64,000 nucleotides of DNA. It comes from a virus (lineage: Duplodnaviria > Caudoviricetes). The notes under the pieces are model-generated. The model saw only the letters and a list, made by a program, of their open reading frames with translations. It had not been told where the DNA came from and did not search any database. This document shows, piece after piece, positions 43,998 to 55,800 of this stretch (positions are counted from its first letter, which is position 1; each line of letters starts with the position of its first letter). The translations under genes were made by a program, and so were the position numbers. The stretch lies in IMG/VR virus record IMGVR_UViG_3300030330_005258, positions 32,001 through 96,000 of that record; one strand, given 5' to 3'.

Positions 43998-44725
43998 GTA
44001 TTTTAGTAATAGGGGAAAGTTGTAACGATATTTTTCATTATGGTGTTTGTAATAGGCTTTGTCCAGAAGCCCCCGTACCAGTTTTCAATTCCTCCAAGGT
44101 AGTAAATAACGGTGGCATGGCAATGAATGTTTATAGTAATTTGTTATCTTTAGGATCTAATGTACAAATCCACACTAACTCAAATTGGAAAAACATAACA
44201 AAAACACGATTTGTTGATAGAAGAACAAATCACATGTTTATGAGACTAGACGAACGCGATGATGAATATGGAAAAATAAATTTAAAAGATCTTGAATTAA
44301 AAAATTATGATGCAGTGATAGTATCTGATTACAATAAAGGATTTATGTCCGAGAGTGATATAAGTTATATTTCTAAAAATTCAAAGTTAAGTTTTCTAGA
44401 TACTAAAAAGAAGCTTGGCTCTTGGTGTGATGATTTTTCATTTATAAAAATAAATCATCTAGAATATGAAAGAACAAAAAACACAATTACTGATAAGGTG
44501 TTAAAAAAGTTGATAGTAACGCGAGGACCTCGCGGCTGTGTCTACAAAGGCAAGACTTACGGTGTCGAGTTGGTAGAGGTTAAAGACACTTCTGGCGCTG
44601 GCGATACTTTTATAGCAGCACTTTGCTTTAAATATTGCCTTACAGGCGACATAGACAAATCAATACAGTTTGCCAATCAATGCTCAACCACAGTTGTGCA
44701 AAAGATGGGAGTTGTTACAATATGA
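43994..44725 (+). CDS. HldE/RfaE-like sugar kinase (PfkB family)
   Basis: RLCPEAPVPV, GGMA.NV, SDYNKG, DTSGAGDTF. Confidence 0.88.
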   Translation: MSILVIGESCNDIFHYGVCNRLCPEAPVPVFNSSKVVNNGGMAMNVYSNLLSLGSNVQIHTNSNWKNITKTRFVDRRTNHMFMRLDERDDEYGKINLKDLELKNYDAVIVSDYNKGFMSESDISYISKNSKLSFLDTKKKLGSWCDDFSFIKINHLEYERTKNTITDKVLKKLIVTRGPRGCVYKGKTYGVELVEVKDTSGAGDTFIAALCFKYCLTGDIDKSIQFANQCSTTVVQKMGVVTI

Positions 44726-45114
44726 AAATAGTTTGGACAAACGGTTGTTTTGATGTCCTTCATCGCGGACACATAGAATTATTCAAATATGCCAAATCTC
44801 TTGGAGATTATTTGGTTGTTGGTATTGACACCGATGAAAGAGTTAAGGCTGCCAAAGGCGACACGCGCCCGTTTAACACTATAGAAGACAGGGTTGCGAT
44901 GCTTGAGTCAATTAAATACATTGATGAAATAAGAGTGTTTGACCACGATGATGAACTGGATACACAGGTTCTTTTAAGTCGCGCCGAAACAATGGTAGTG
45001 GGCTCTGACTATAAAGATAGGCAAGTAATTGGTTCCAGACATGTGCGAGAGGTAAAATTTTTTGATAGGATAGACGGGTACTCAACAACTAAAATTTTAG
45101 TGGGATTGCAATGA
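44722..45114 (+). CDS. HldE/RfaE-like nucleotidyltransferase
   Basis: NGCFDVLHRGH, KG..RP, GSDY, YSTT. Confidence 0.9.
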   Translation: MKIVWTNGCFDVLHRGHIELFKYAKSLGDYLVVGIDTDERVKAAKGDTRPFNTIEDRVAMLESIKYIDEIRVFDHDDELDTQVLLSRAETMVVGSDYKDRQVIGSRHVREVKFFDRIDGYSTTKILVGLQ

Positions 45115-45437
45115 CTTATGTTTTTGATATAGACGGAACCATATGTTCCAAAACAGACGGAGACTATACACAAGCAAAACCTTTTCATGATAGAATCAAG
45201 AAAGTGAATCGCCTTTATGATGAAGGGCACATGATTATCTTCTTAACCGCAAGAGGAATGGGAAGACATAATAATAATTTTCTTAATGCACAGAGGGACT
45301 TTTATGACTTCACTCTAGCGCAGTTAAAGCATTGGGGTGCGAAACACCACCAACTGTTTCTAGGTAAGCCATCCGGCGACTATTACATTGATGATAAGGG
45401 AATAAATGATGAAGACTTCTTCAACACAGGAAATTAA
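45111..45437 (+). CDS. HAD phosphatase (capsule-biosynthesis type)
   Basis: FDIDGTIC, TARG, GKP, YIDDK. Confidence 0.85.
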   Translation: MTYVFDIDGTICSKTDGDYTQAKPFHDRIKKVNRLYDEGHMIIFLTARGMGRHNNNFLNAQRDFYDFTLAQLKHWGAKHHQLFLGKPSGDYYIDDKGINDEDFFNTGN

Positions 45438-45774
45438 ATTTGTACCCAAAGGCTGGGGCTTTGAAAAGTGGATTGTCAATAATGAAGAATATTGTGGCAA
45501 GCTGCTTTACTTTGTGAAAGGAAAAAGGTGTTCATGGCATTATCACAAATTAAAAGATGAAGTATTTTATGTCCAATCAGGAAAAATACAAGTTTTTTAT
45601 GGCGAAGGCGACAATATACTAGATAGTAATGTCGTGGTATTAGAAAAAGGCGATAACTTTCATGTATATCGCGGATTAAGACACCAAATGTTAGCGCTTG
45701 AAGACACAGAACTATTTGAGTTTTCAACTCAACATTTTGACAGTGACAGTTACAGAATTCAAAAAGGAGATTGA
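45409..45774 (+). CDS. cupin sugar isomerase-like protein
   Basis: KGWG.E, SWHYH..KDE, H...A, EFST. Confidence 0.8.
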   Translation: MKTSSTQEIKFVPKGWGFEKWIVNNEEYCGKLLYFVKGKRCSWHYHKLKDEVFYVQSGKIQVFYGEGDNILDSNVVVLEKGDNFHVYRGLRHQMLALEDTELFEFSTQHFDSDSYRIQKGD

Positions 45775-45775
45775 C

Positions 45776-45997
45776 ATGAGTAACGGAACGTTTAAATTAT
45801 CAAATCAGGCACTTGGGGCTGTAATGATGGCTCTACAGGAGTCACTACTAAATGAATTGGACATTGTTCCAATCTTAAAGGGCTTTGAGCTTGCACAGGG
45901 CGAAGATGGTTTGGTTGTGACAAACCCACCAACCGTCCGCGTCAGCAACAACAAGCCAATCACAGAACAAGACTTAAAGACGATGGCGGGCGAGTAG
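45776..45997 (+). CDS. hypothetical phage protein
   Basis: ATG 45776 after AAGGAG. Confidence 0.6.
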   Translation: MSNGTFKLSNQALGAVMMALQESLLNELDIVPILKGFELAQGEDGLVVTNPPTVRVSNNKPITEQDLKTMAGE

Positions 45998-46252
45998 TTG
46001 CCCCGCTATCGCTATATGTGTGAAGACTGCGAGCAAGAGTTCGTAGCCTTTCATTCGCTTTCAGATACACAGGACTCTTGCACCCTGTGTGGTCACGAGA
46101 GCATCACAAAAATGGTAGGCAAGCCCATAGTCCTTAACAAAAAATTGACAAATTCTGGGGACACTGGGAGCCTTACAAACGAATATATTGAAGCCAACCG
46201 CGAGCTTCTAAAAGATATGAAGGAGGAAGCTAGCAATGGATTTTATGAGTAG
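45998..46252 (+). CDS. FmdB-family zinc-ribbon protein
   Basis: MP.Y.Y.CEDC...CTLCG. Confidence 0.8.
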   Translation: MPRYRYMCEDCEQEFVAFHSLSDTQDSCTLCGHESITKMVGKPIVLNKKLTNSGDTGSLTNEYIEANRELLKDMKEEASNGFYE

Positions 46253-46568
46253 GCTTGAGATGGTGCTATCACTTATACTGTTGGTATCACTTGGTATCAA
46301 TGTTTTGCTGTTTGTGTATTCTCGCAACGTAGCGCAAAAGCTTGTAATGATCTCTGCGGAGATTGATGATATGCGTGCTGCTGTAGCTAGCTTCGCCTCA
46401 CACGTAAAGACCGTCTATGAAATGGAAATGTTCTATGGCGACCAAACATTGCAAGCACTAATGGATCATGCTCGTTCATTTCGAGAATACATGGAAGAGT
46501 TTGATTTCATATACATACCAGAGGATGAAGAGGAAGATGCCGAGACGCAGCAGATCGAAGAAGTCTAA
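46236..46568 (+). CDS. membrane-anchored coiled-coil protein
   Basis: N-terminal TM; AGGAGG RBS. Confidence 0.6.
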   Translation: MDFMSRLEMVLSLILLVSLGINVLLFVYSRNVAQKLVMISAEIDDMRAAVASFASHVKTVYEMEMFYGDQTLQALMDHARSFREYMEEFDFIYIPEDEEEDAETQQIEEV

Positions 46569-47229
46569 TCATTATTTTACGAAAGATCACGAGAACGCAA
46601 TAATAGAATATTGTTCAACTGACTGTAATAAGAAAAAGACAGAAATATATGTAAAGATGTTACAGCCAGCTTTCAGTGAGATGGTAGACAAAATAGTATT
46701 CACATACAAGTTTACAACACTACCAAATATAGACATATTGAGGGACGAGTGCAAGATATGGCTCATGACCATACTCGATAAGTTCCAGCCCGATAAGGGG
46801 CACAAAGCGTTTTCGTATTTTTCAGTGATTACAAAAAACTGGTTTATTCACAAGGTCAAGAAACAAAAACGCAAGAATTTGAGAGAGGTAGACTATGATG
46901 CCGCCCCAAAGAGATATGAACAAGAATACCTTGCGACAGAGCAGACCTGGGTTACTGACCAATTAGAGCGAGAGTTTTGGAAGTCTTTCTACGAGGACAT
47001 GAAGACTTGGGAGTCAAATGATATGCGCGATAATGACGAGCGCGTATACAAGGCAATCATCGTTCTATTTGAGAGCAAAGACGATATAGAAATTTTTAAC
47101 AAAAAAGCTATTTACCTATACCTGCGCGAGATCACTGGTCTTAATACAAAGCAGGTTGTAAATTCCCTAAACAAGTTTAGGGAGCACTACAGGGACTTTA
47201 GGTCCGATTGGGAAAACGGCAAGATATGA
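46537..47229 (+). CDS. phage RNA polymerase sigma factor (gp55-like, late)
   Basis: NHYFT..HE..I; region-2-like LDKFQPDKGHKAFSYFSVITKNWFI. Confidence 0.7.
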   Translation: MPRRSRSKKSNHYFTKDHENAIIEYCSTDCNKKKTEIYVKMLQPAFSEMVDKIVFTYKFTTLPNIDILRDECKIWLMTILDKFQPDKGHKAFSYFSVITKNWFIHKVKKQKRKNLREVDYDAAPKRYEQEYLATEQTWVTDQLEREFWKSFYEDMKTWESNDMRDNDERVYKAIIVLFESKDDIEIFNKKAIYLYLREITGLNTKQVVNSLNKFREHYRDFRSDWENGKI

Positions 47230-47513
47230 ACAACGAATTTGACGATTTGATGGATGAGGCAATAGAAAACATACGGAACGATCGCGATACTGCGAAAGAG
47301 TTCCTTAATGAATTAGCCAACCAGATCGCTCAAAATGCAGAGAACAACCGAGCCCTGTCTCCTGTGGCTGCGAAGCACATTGAAACTATGCAGCGCTCCA
47401 ATGAGCAGTTAGTAAAAGTGCTGACTCTGAAACAAAAAGAGAGAACAAAAGAAATTGGTCTAACAGATGAAGACAAGGCTAGTCTTTTTGATATGATTCA
47501 GGGAGATGCCTAA
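47226..47513 (+). CDS. hypothetical helical protein
   Basis: ATGA-coupled to the sigma gene. Confidence 0.6.
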   Translation: MNNEFDDLMDEAIENIRNDRDTAKEFLNELANQIAQNAENNRALSPVAAKHIETMQRSNEQLVKVLTLKQKERTKEIGLTDEDKASLFDMIQGDA

Positions 47514-48838
47514 TGGCACGTCGCAAGAATTATTACGCCTTTACTGACTTCAATTATACGGACGGTGCAGCAGAGCTTTTCAACAATACGATTAGGAATG
47601 CTTTTGAATATGATGCGTTTAATAGTGACATATTCACGGCGAAAGTATTACACAAGGCACCGACATCAGATCCTGAGAAATTTCTATACAGAATTAGGAT
47701 TATGGGCAACTTGTCGCCACACAGATTTATAGAAGATCCGTGCAGTTTATCATCAGCTATTGTTGAAGACCAGAAACAAATAATAAATAATTTGTTAAGT
47801 CTCCACACAAAACTTATTAGCACAGAAGTGCTAGATAAATCTGACATACTTAAAGTAAGACTGAATAGAAGCGGTCAGTCTTTTGACTTAGTTGAAGCAG
47901 CACAATTGGTTAGTGTTGAGAGGCGAGCAGGCACCGACGCGCACCTCTTGGACGGCTCTGAACTCGCAGAATTTAAAAGTTGCAGTGAGTTGTTTGACAA
48001 GGCAGCAACTTTTGACGAAAGCGTTGCAGGCGAGGTACCACCCGCACCTATAGGCGAGCCTATGGACCAAGCCACACTAGACATAATGATGCAAGATTTT
48101 TATGATACTTTCAGAGGCTTTTTAATACGACAGGGCTATAAAGCAGCAGATATTGGAAACGGCTCTAGATCTAGAACAACGCTTGAGGGAAGACAAATGA
48201 TTATGAGGTTTGCTGAAGATTACGGCTTGCCCGAAGCAGCCGAGATTAAAAAAACCCATCCAGCCGCTACCAGCGGCAAAAGATTTTCTAATCTTGACGA
48301 AACTGTATTGACTAAAGAGTTAACAGAGACCATAAGAAAAAAATTAAAAGCCCAAGGTTTAAAGATCGCACAGCCAGAATTGAGCAGCCATAATCCAAAC
48401 AATGGATACGTTGCGATGGACTTTCAATTGTTAAATCAACCTAAGCCATCATTTGCTTTATTGGCAGATTTAGCGGAACAATTCAAGTCTGATGATACTT
48501 ATTCCACGATGCACTTGGAGATTTACCGCACTGTTTTGGAACCTACTAACGGTAACGCTAAGTGTGGCACTGGTAAATGCGGCGTCGTGCATTTTGATAT
48601 GCTGCCGACTGATGCGGTACGTGCAGAGTATATGAGAAATTATTCCACAGTCAACCCATATGTAGAGGTCGCCGAAGATGAATATGCAGATCCAGATCTT
48701 CAATCTGAGATTGATAAGTTATACAAGGATGAGGACCCGCCAACATCGGCAACAGATCCATCATCAACGGATCCTTTCGACCCAGCAAACACCCAAGAAA
48801 GCGCCCCCGCCGACCCCTATGCAACATCTCCATCATGA
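47513..48838 (+). CDS. baseplate-region protein with possible M15/LAS peptidase domain
   Basis: SSH.....AMD ... VHFD motifs; position in structural module. Confidence 0.5.
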   Translation: MARRKNYYAFTDFNYTDGAAELFNNTIRNAFEYDAFNSDIFTAKVLHKAPTSDPEKFLYRIRIMGNLSPHRFIEDPCSLSSAIVEDQKQIINNLLSLHTKLISTEVLDKSDILKVRLNRSGQSFDLVEAAQLVSVERRAGTDAHLLDGSELAEFKSCSELFDKAATFDESVAGEVPPAPIGEPMDQATLDIMMQDFYDTFRGFLIRQGYKAADIGNGSRSRTTLEGRQMIMRFAEDYGLPEAAEIKKTHPAATSGKRFSNLDETVLTKELTETIRKKLKAQGLKIAQPELSSHNPNNGYVAMDFQLLNQPKPSFALLADLAEQFKSDDTYSTMHLEIYRTVLEPTNGNAKCGTGKCGVVHFDMLPTDAVRAEYMRNYSTVNPYVEVAEDEYADPDLQSEIDKLYKDEDPPTSATDPSSTDPFDPANTQESAPADPYATSPS

Positions 48839-48852
48839 TTTAAGGAACAACA

Positions 48853-49860
48853 ATGGCTAGATCAAAAAAAGTAAGTATTATTGACCCATCAAAATTTTCT
48901 GGTTTAAAAAAAGAACAAGCTAAGGAAATTCAACGCCAAGTAGATATGATGTCTGAAAAAGACGTTGTAAACCAAATACCACCAAACCTAAGTGGATTAT
49001 ACAATACCAAAAAATTAGATATTGAAATAAATTATAATTCAAGTCCTAATGAAAAGGTAATTAAACACAACGGCGCCTTCATTACATTTGGGGCAGATAA
49101 GCCAACTGGCACAGCTAGTGGCTATGGCGGCAAGGGCGCCATGGGTGCAAACAGAATTGACTTGGTTGTTGGAAGACAATCAATGGGTAATCCAAAAGAT
49201 GGTACAACGTCAGATAACAGCTTCCAAGCAGATGCTGCAAGAATATATATTTCTCAGCTAACTGACATTGATGCCAACTTTGGTATTGATCCTGGCAAAT
49301 CTGGTTTCTTAGAGGCTCGCTCTGGTATAGGGATAAAGGCTGATGGTGTTAGAATTATAGGCAGAGAGGGCGTCAAGATCGTCACGGGTCGTATGCAGGG
49401 TAGCAATGAAAAGAACTCGCTTGGAGGTAAGCTACTACCTGCCCCCACTATCGAACTGATAGCTGGCAATAACACAGAACCCCGCCCGGCTGCTGGCAGC
49501 ATTGGGGCATTCTTTGGAGAAGATGAAGTATTTGATCCGCTCCAGGGAGTTGCGATGGGCGAGAATGTTGTTAAAGCATTCCAAGATTTAATGTTCTTAT
49601 TGCAAGATGTGATAGGCGTTGTAAGAAAGACAAAATTGAACCAAAAAGTATTAAATTTTGCATTTTCAGCGGCTGCGTCTTTGCCCCCTCCCCTCGCGGG
49701 TCCATTTTTGGCTGCTGCTATTGCATTCTATAGCACCAAAGAGGCTACCACAACAATGGAACTGTGGAGGGCAAATATTGATGCCACACTGTTTGACATT
49801 AACTATTGTCAGCCATTTGGCTTCCGCTACATTGAAAGTAGAAATGTCAAATCAACCTAA
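48853..49860 (+). CDS. putative baseplate hub/spike protein
   Basis: Beta-rich RIDLVVGR, DAARIYISQ.TDID, SGIGIKADGVRIIGREGVKIVT; context near gp25. Confidence 0.55.
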   Translation: MARSKKVSIIDPSKFSGLKKEQAKEIQRQVDMMSEKDVVNQIPPNLSGLYNTKKLDIEINYNSSPNEKVIKHNGAFITFGADKPTGTASGYGGKGAMGANRIDLVVGRQSMGNPKDGTTSDNSFQADAARIYISQLTDIDANFGIDPGKSGFLEARSGIGIKADGVRIIGREGVKIVTGRMQGSNEKNSLGGKLLPAPTIELIAGNNTEPRPAAGSIGAFFGEDEVFDPLQGVAMGENVVKAFQDLMFLLQDVIGVVRKTKLNQKVLNFAFSAAASLPPPLAGPFLAAAIAFYSTKEATTTMELWRANIDATLFDINYCQPFGFRYIESRNVKST

Positions 49861-49877
49861 TTACTTGAGAGTTTAAA

Positions 49878-52800
49878 ATGGCAAATCCTTCCCCTTTCCT
49901 GCAATATCAGGACAAAAATGGCGATTTTCTTCTTGATGATTGCGAGATAAAACTACCGGGACCAATTGAGAAAGTATGTCTTGATTGTGTGCCAAACCCA
50001 AAGGCACTTGTCCAGAACTGGAAAACGAGCTTAAATACTCCCTTTCTTAATGAAAAGTTGTGTCTATACCAAGTTGGTGTCAAGACATCCCACACAGATA
50101 CGGGCGGCAACGATGGCATTATAGAAAGATTTGAAATCTATAAAGAAGAAGCCATAGAATTATTTTTGGATGAATATGAAAAAGAGGTTGGTGTAAAAAA
50201 TATAGAGGCTCTTCGGGCAGCCATAATATATGATCCAGAAAAAGACTTTCAACTTGAAGCTAGGTCAAATTCAGTCCTTTCTCTCTTATACTCCGTCCCA
50301 TTTGAAGTAATTGAGAATCTTGAAGATGCGTCAGATGACAACGACGACGACGAGAGAGAGCCAATTGAGGTCACCTACCTAGCTTCTGAACTACCTGTTT
50401 TGTTTACAAGAGTCAGGAAGGGTCTTGGGCTTTACTCCCGATACACCACCGCAGAAAATGTGCTTAATGGCTCTAGTCTTGTGTTTGACAAAAGCCGCTC
50501 CGTTTTCAATATCAATGACTATGGAGACCGTGGATTTGGCAGAAGCAGCCAAATGGCTAAAGTATTTGTTGAGCTTGATAGGTTTTTAAACCGCAGAGGA
50601 TTCAACATTGTGGGCGCCGGGTCATTTGGTTTTGGAAGAGATAGGGTTGTAAAATTAAAGATTGGGTTTGATAAAAATTTCAAAGTTAAAAAATTAGCAG
50701 TTTTTTCTCTTGGTTGTAGAGAAAAGCCAAAGGTGTTCAAGGGCAGAAAAATCTCTGCTTTGAATAGAATAGATGTATTTAAAGACCGTACCGCCATGGC
50801 TTATTTTGCTCAATTGGCAGATATGGAGAGAGATCTAACCGCTAGAAGTCCAAAAAAATTCACTGAGTTTATCATGGACTACACATTCCCAACTGTTGTA
50901 TTCTTAAATGCGGAAGAGATTCTGGAGGGAGAGACAAATTGTGTTGCTGACAAAATCAGAGACACTGTCCAGGGTCTTGGTCAAGACTTGCTTGACGATG
51001 TGCTTGGCATTGGAGATATTCTTGCATACCAATTTCATAAACACATATGCAGAACAGAAGAAGAAGAAAATAGCCTGAGAGAACAATTTGGAGAAGTCTA
51101 TCGACCTGTTGAAGAAATGTCGATATTTGGTAACAAGAACAAGGAAAAGGAATCAGTCTTCAGCAAAGGAAGCCTGGGTGCGATTGGCGGAATGGCTAAA
51201 CAACAAGCATATGAAAAACTACAAGCCAATCCCAATGTTTTTGTTCAGCTATGTGCTGATGTTCTTATCGCCGGAACTCCTGTCGGCGGCGCCGTCAGTG
51301 TTCGCGGAATTTGGGATGCATCTTTTAATAAATTAAAGCTTTGTGGTCTGCTTGATTTCCTTCTTGACGCTCTTGGGTGTTTGTGGGGAGGCTTGGAGCT
51401 TGAAGAAGCATTAAGAATAGCTCTAACCAGTGCCTTACAGGCGATGGGTATTAAGAATTTTGGTGTACTATTTGTCGGATTGCCACCAGAAGAGCAAGCA
51501 GAGCTTGACGCGCTTGTGAAAAGAAAGCTTGCTGAGTCAAGACAGTCTGCCGATACAAGACAGACGGCAGCCCAAGACCAACAAAGAGATTCTGTTGATA
51601 CCCCGGATCCGCGCCGAGATGAAAGTGGATTTTTTGGAGGTACATTTGGTGAAATAGATTTTGTCAAGCCATTCGAAGACCCTGCACTAATGGAACAAGA
51701 GGACGCCGCAAGAACAGCCGGACCTTATGAGGGTACCACTGTTTCTAGCGGTGTGTATGAAGCGCAAAGCAGCAACTTTGGAAGAAGACCAAGAATAGGA
51801 ACAACCTACAACAATCCAGAAGAAATATCTGGACGACAAACTGCTGCCGCCGATGCCATAAAGAGTTTAGACAAGAGGGCGGAACAAACCTTTTCACCTG
51901 ATGTCATAATGGAAGCCTATATACTTGCCCTTGTTGAATACTATTCAGGTAGGCTATTAGATCTCGTTGACAAACTAAATGAATTTCCAGGCGCTGAGAT
52001 TATTAGTAAAATTCTTGCAGTTGTGGATTGTCCACGCCCACCATTGTTCACACCAAGTGTGATGGATTTCTTAAAAGACATTGAGCTTCCATTTTGTAGA
52101 AACATCGGCGACGTCGCGCTACCAAAATTTTTTCTGCCTCCGATAAGCTTGAAAGATATTTTAAAAAGACTTGCAATTGCCATTGCGGAAGCGATTATTC
52201 AATATGTGCTGGATATTCTATTAAAACTGATGATCAAGATATGTGAAATTCTTGGGGAGGCAATCTGTAAAGCTCTTGAAACTGCCGGAAATATTATTGG
52301 CGGTCTCCCTGGGTTGATAACTGGCAATACCACTATTCGTGATATTGTCAGAGATTCAATATGTGGTCCTGGCGCTTCTGATGAAGATGTGGATGACTCT
52401 ATCGCAGCCATGTTTGAGACCCTCGGAGGCGCTGGCGCTAATTTGGCGAATAAGGACAAGGTTCTTGAATTCAACGAGGCGATTGCATCTTCATCGACCC
52501 GTCAAGAAATAATTGATGCTTCACTAGGCAATCCATCCCAAGAATTCTTGTCAATTGTAGACACCATAATCGATGTTCAATTCCCAGAATTCAGGGACGC
52601 CATGCCAAATACACAGGCTATTGGCTCGTTCTTCAGTAACTTTGGTAATCTATTGCCCGCAGAAGTTAAAGCCCAGTTGGACGACATAGCAAATCAAAAT
52701 TACGAAAACCTAGATTTGCCAGCAAACCCGACACTGTGTGCCACGCCGGATCAGATTGCTGAATTCTGTGCAGTCCGAGCGAGTATTTTAGAGGGAAGAG

Positions 52801-55800
52801 CATCAGATGAACAAATAGCAACCCTGTGTACACGACCAACACAAGATTTTGCCGATTTGAATAATGTTCTTCAAGATGGTATTCCTGGCACAATTATGAA
52901 TAACATGCCCCCAATACTGTCAGACCCAGGCTGTAGCAACGGCTTATTCCCATATGAGCCTGAAGAATTGCAATCAGCAGCTTCTGCTGGGTTAACAGCC
53001 GATCTAGAGAACTTAAAGGTTGCCTATTCTTTTGATATGCTTGGCAATGGTATTGGCAAGAAGAACTGGGGATATATGAACATGGTTCTCAGTGACACTA
53101 TGGGCAGACCTTTCACAAACCATATGAGAAATGTGAATAGATTCGCGCTATTTGGTAGTAAAAAATATGTTGATTTCTATGTTGATCAGGAGGCAAACGA
53201 TGAAGATGATGGAGGCGATGACGTTGGGCTTTTTGGATATGGTCCCGAGCGCAAGCAAAGAGGTGCATTCCCGGTATATGTTGGTGAATGGGCAGCAACC
53301 TATTGGAATGGAAGCTCTGACAAAATAAAAGTCAATACACCAAATAATTCTTTAACCGATCCAAAAACATTTACAATTGAAACAAACGATGACATAACTG
53401 CTTTGTACAATTATGGCTACAACATGAAGTATAAGCCGACCGAAGATGGATATAAAATTACAAGAAGACGAAGAAAATCACAAGCAGATATAGTCTTAAA
53501 ATTTAGAGATAACAGAGACGGCAATGGTGACGGCTTGTTTAATGACGAAAATATGTCCCTTGGTTATAATCTTAAGTTTTTCTTCTCTGCCATACGCGAT
53601 GGTGGAAACACCAGAGACAACAATGTTAGAGTGCTTATCAACCGAACAGAGAATAATGACAACTATAAAATTGATCAAGAAGAAGCCTACGGCGCTGAAT
53701 ATGATACTACAATTCCAGAAGAGAGCGAAGAGAGAAAAAAGAGCAAAAAAGTGATCTCAAATAGGAGATATGAATTTGTTGGTTCTGATGGCAGCGTTGA
53801 CGATTTATTGGATGAAATCGGTAGCCAATTTATTAGCGAATATCCCAAATTTGAAACAAGTTTGGATGAGGGCGGAAAGGAATCGCCACTAATAGTTCTA
53901 ATGTCCGAGATGCTTGGAATATCAATTTCGCAAGCTAAATCTTACTGGACTACATCAACAGAGAAGATAATCGAATCCTTTGGGAATAAAATATTTAATT
54001 TGGATACTAACAAATCTTTTATGTATGGGGCAAAGCCAAACACCCTCACAAGTGAAGATGCACAATACGGCGTAGTGCGTAACGGCAATTTTGTCCCTTA
54101 CGCAGATGTTGAGGTTGATGGCGAAACCTTATCAAACGACGATTCCGTATTAGGCATCAGTAGGGACCAGCACAAAAACGGTGATAAAGCAAGAGTTTAT
54201 TATTTAGACCCAAATAAGTTTGGTGGTTCTTACATCAACCCCAAGGTATACATCAAGCCAGTCGATACCGAAGGTCTGTTGGGTCTTGTAAATGTGATGT
54301 TCCCGGAGCTTAGCCCCTGCAAGCCACAGAATACTGATTTAGTTGACTTTGGGGATATTGCCTCAACAATCTCTAACAGCTATGCGAACTATCCCGACGA
54401 TCCGCGTTTGGCTAGCGATCCAGATTGTGTGGTTGAAAAGCCATTTGATAGAATTTTAAGTAGAGCAGCAAAGTCAGGCATAGAAGGAACTATTGCTGCC
54501 GCTTGTCGAATTTATGCATCGATTCACTTTTTAAAAACAATAAATACTTTTGCTGTGTTAAAGCCTGATTTTAAAAATAATATGAGCACCATGTACGCAT
54601 CGTTTATCTTGGAACACATGGAAAGAGAAATGAGAGATTCACAAGGTGCTTTTGGCGAATTGTTCAATCCTTTTAAAGATGACGAATTCTACTATGCTTT
54701 CTTGGAACAAGCAGTGCAAACTTATTTCCAAATGGTTCAGTCTGGAAAAATCACAGAGGTGCCTACAGACATTGAATCTGCTTTGGAGAGGATAGGCGAT
54801 GCGCAAAACAAATATAAGTATCCCGATAGAGATAGAATGCAAAAGGCGAAAGCAAATGGAAACGCCCCTGTGTTTCAAACACTGCCGCAGTTTAGAGAGG
54901 ATAGAAACCTCGCAGCAGTAAAATCTGTAGAAGAGGATTGTAAACTTATTCTTAAGGAATTTATGGTCAAAGAAGTCAACTACCTATCTAATGTATTTTA
55001 CGAAAATATGATATCTGAAGGCTTTATTGACAAAGACACATACATCTACAATGTTATGTATTATATTCTATCTGCTGAATCTGGTCTTACCGCCGGCTCA
55101 GAACTTGATATGGCAGGAGAAATAAAAGAAGAAGTAGTTGATATACCCACTGGCGATAACCAATACACGGATGGCAATATGCTGGCCTTAGAGGATGGTA
55201 CCCCTTATGTTGGATATTACCATAATCATGTGGATGAAGCAGGCGATACGATCTTTATGGTAGGAGGGGAACATAGTATAGAGGCTCACGCTGTTCTCCG
55301 CCCCTTTGCTAATAAAGTACAAGTAAACATAGGCAACATCAAGGGCGCCACCAGCGCAGGGGATAAGCCTTTTTACATTAGAAAGTATATTAAGGTAGAA
55401 GGTAGCAAAACTTATGATGACGCAATATCTGGTGTTGTAGACACTCTAAGGGGCGGCGGCGACACACTGGTATCAGAGGCTTATCCCGGCTCGCTTGAGC
55501 ATGTCTACGACGCTGGAACGCCAGAAGCTATACAAAATAGAGTTGCGAGAGTGCGCGAGAAGGCTGAGTCTGAAGGTAGGGACCCTACACCTGACGAACT
55601 AAGCGCGGCAAGAGAAGGCGACGGGCGCCCCGTCGTTGGTCTCAAGGGTGAGCTTGGTGTAAGATATGGGCTAGAGTTCAGAGCCTCCACGGGAGATCTT
55701 ATCGCCAGTTCCGAAATTGATGTGCTCGATCTGCCCCTAAGTATGCTACAGCCACTTGAGGGCGGAAGCAAAGAATTGCTGTGCCTCATTAATAAATTAA

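Noticed and set aside
23767-45774. Bacterial chromosomal O-antigen/LPS locus
   Set aside because: No export or polymerase genes, co-oriented and tightly coupled with phage genes on both sides, and no integrase or IS boundaries; chimerism still needs a read-level check.
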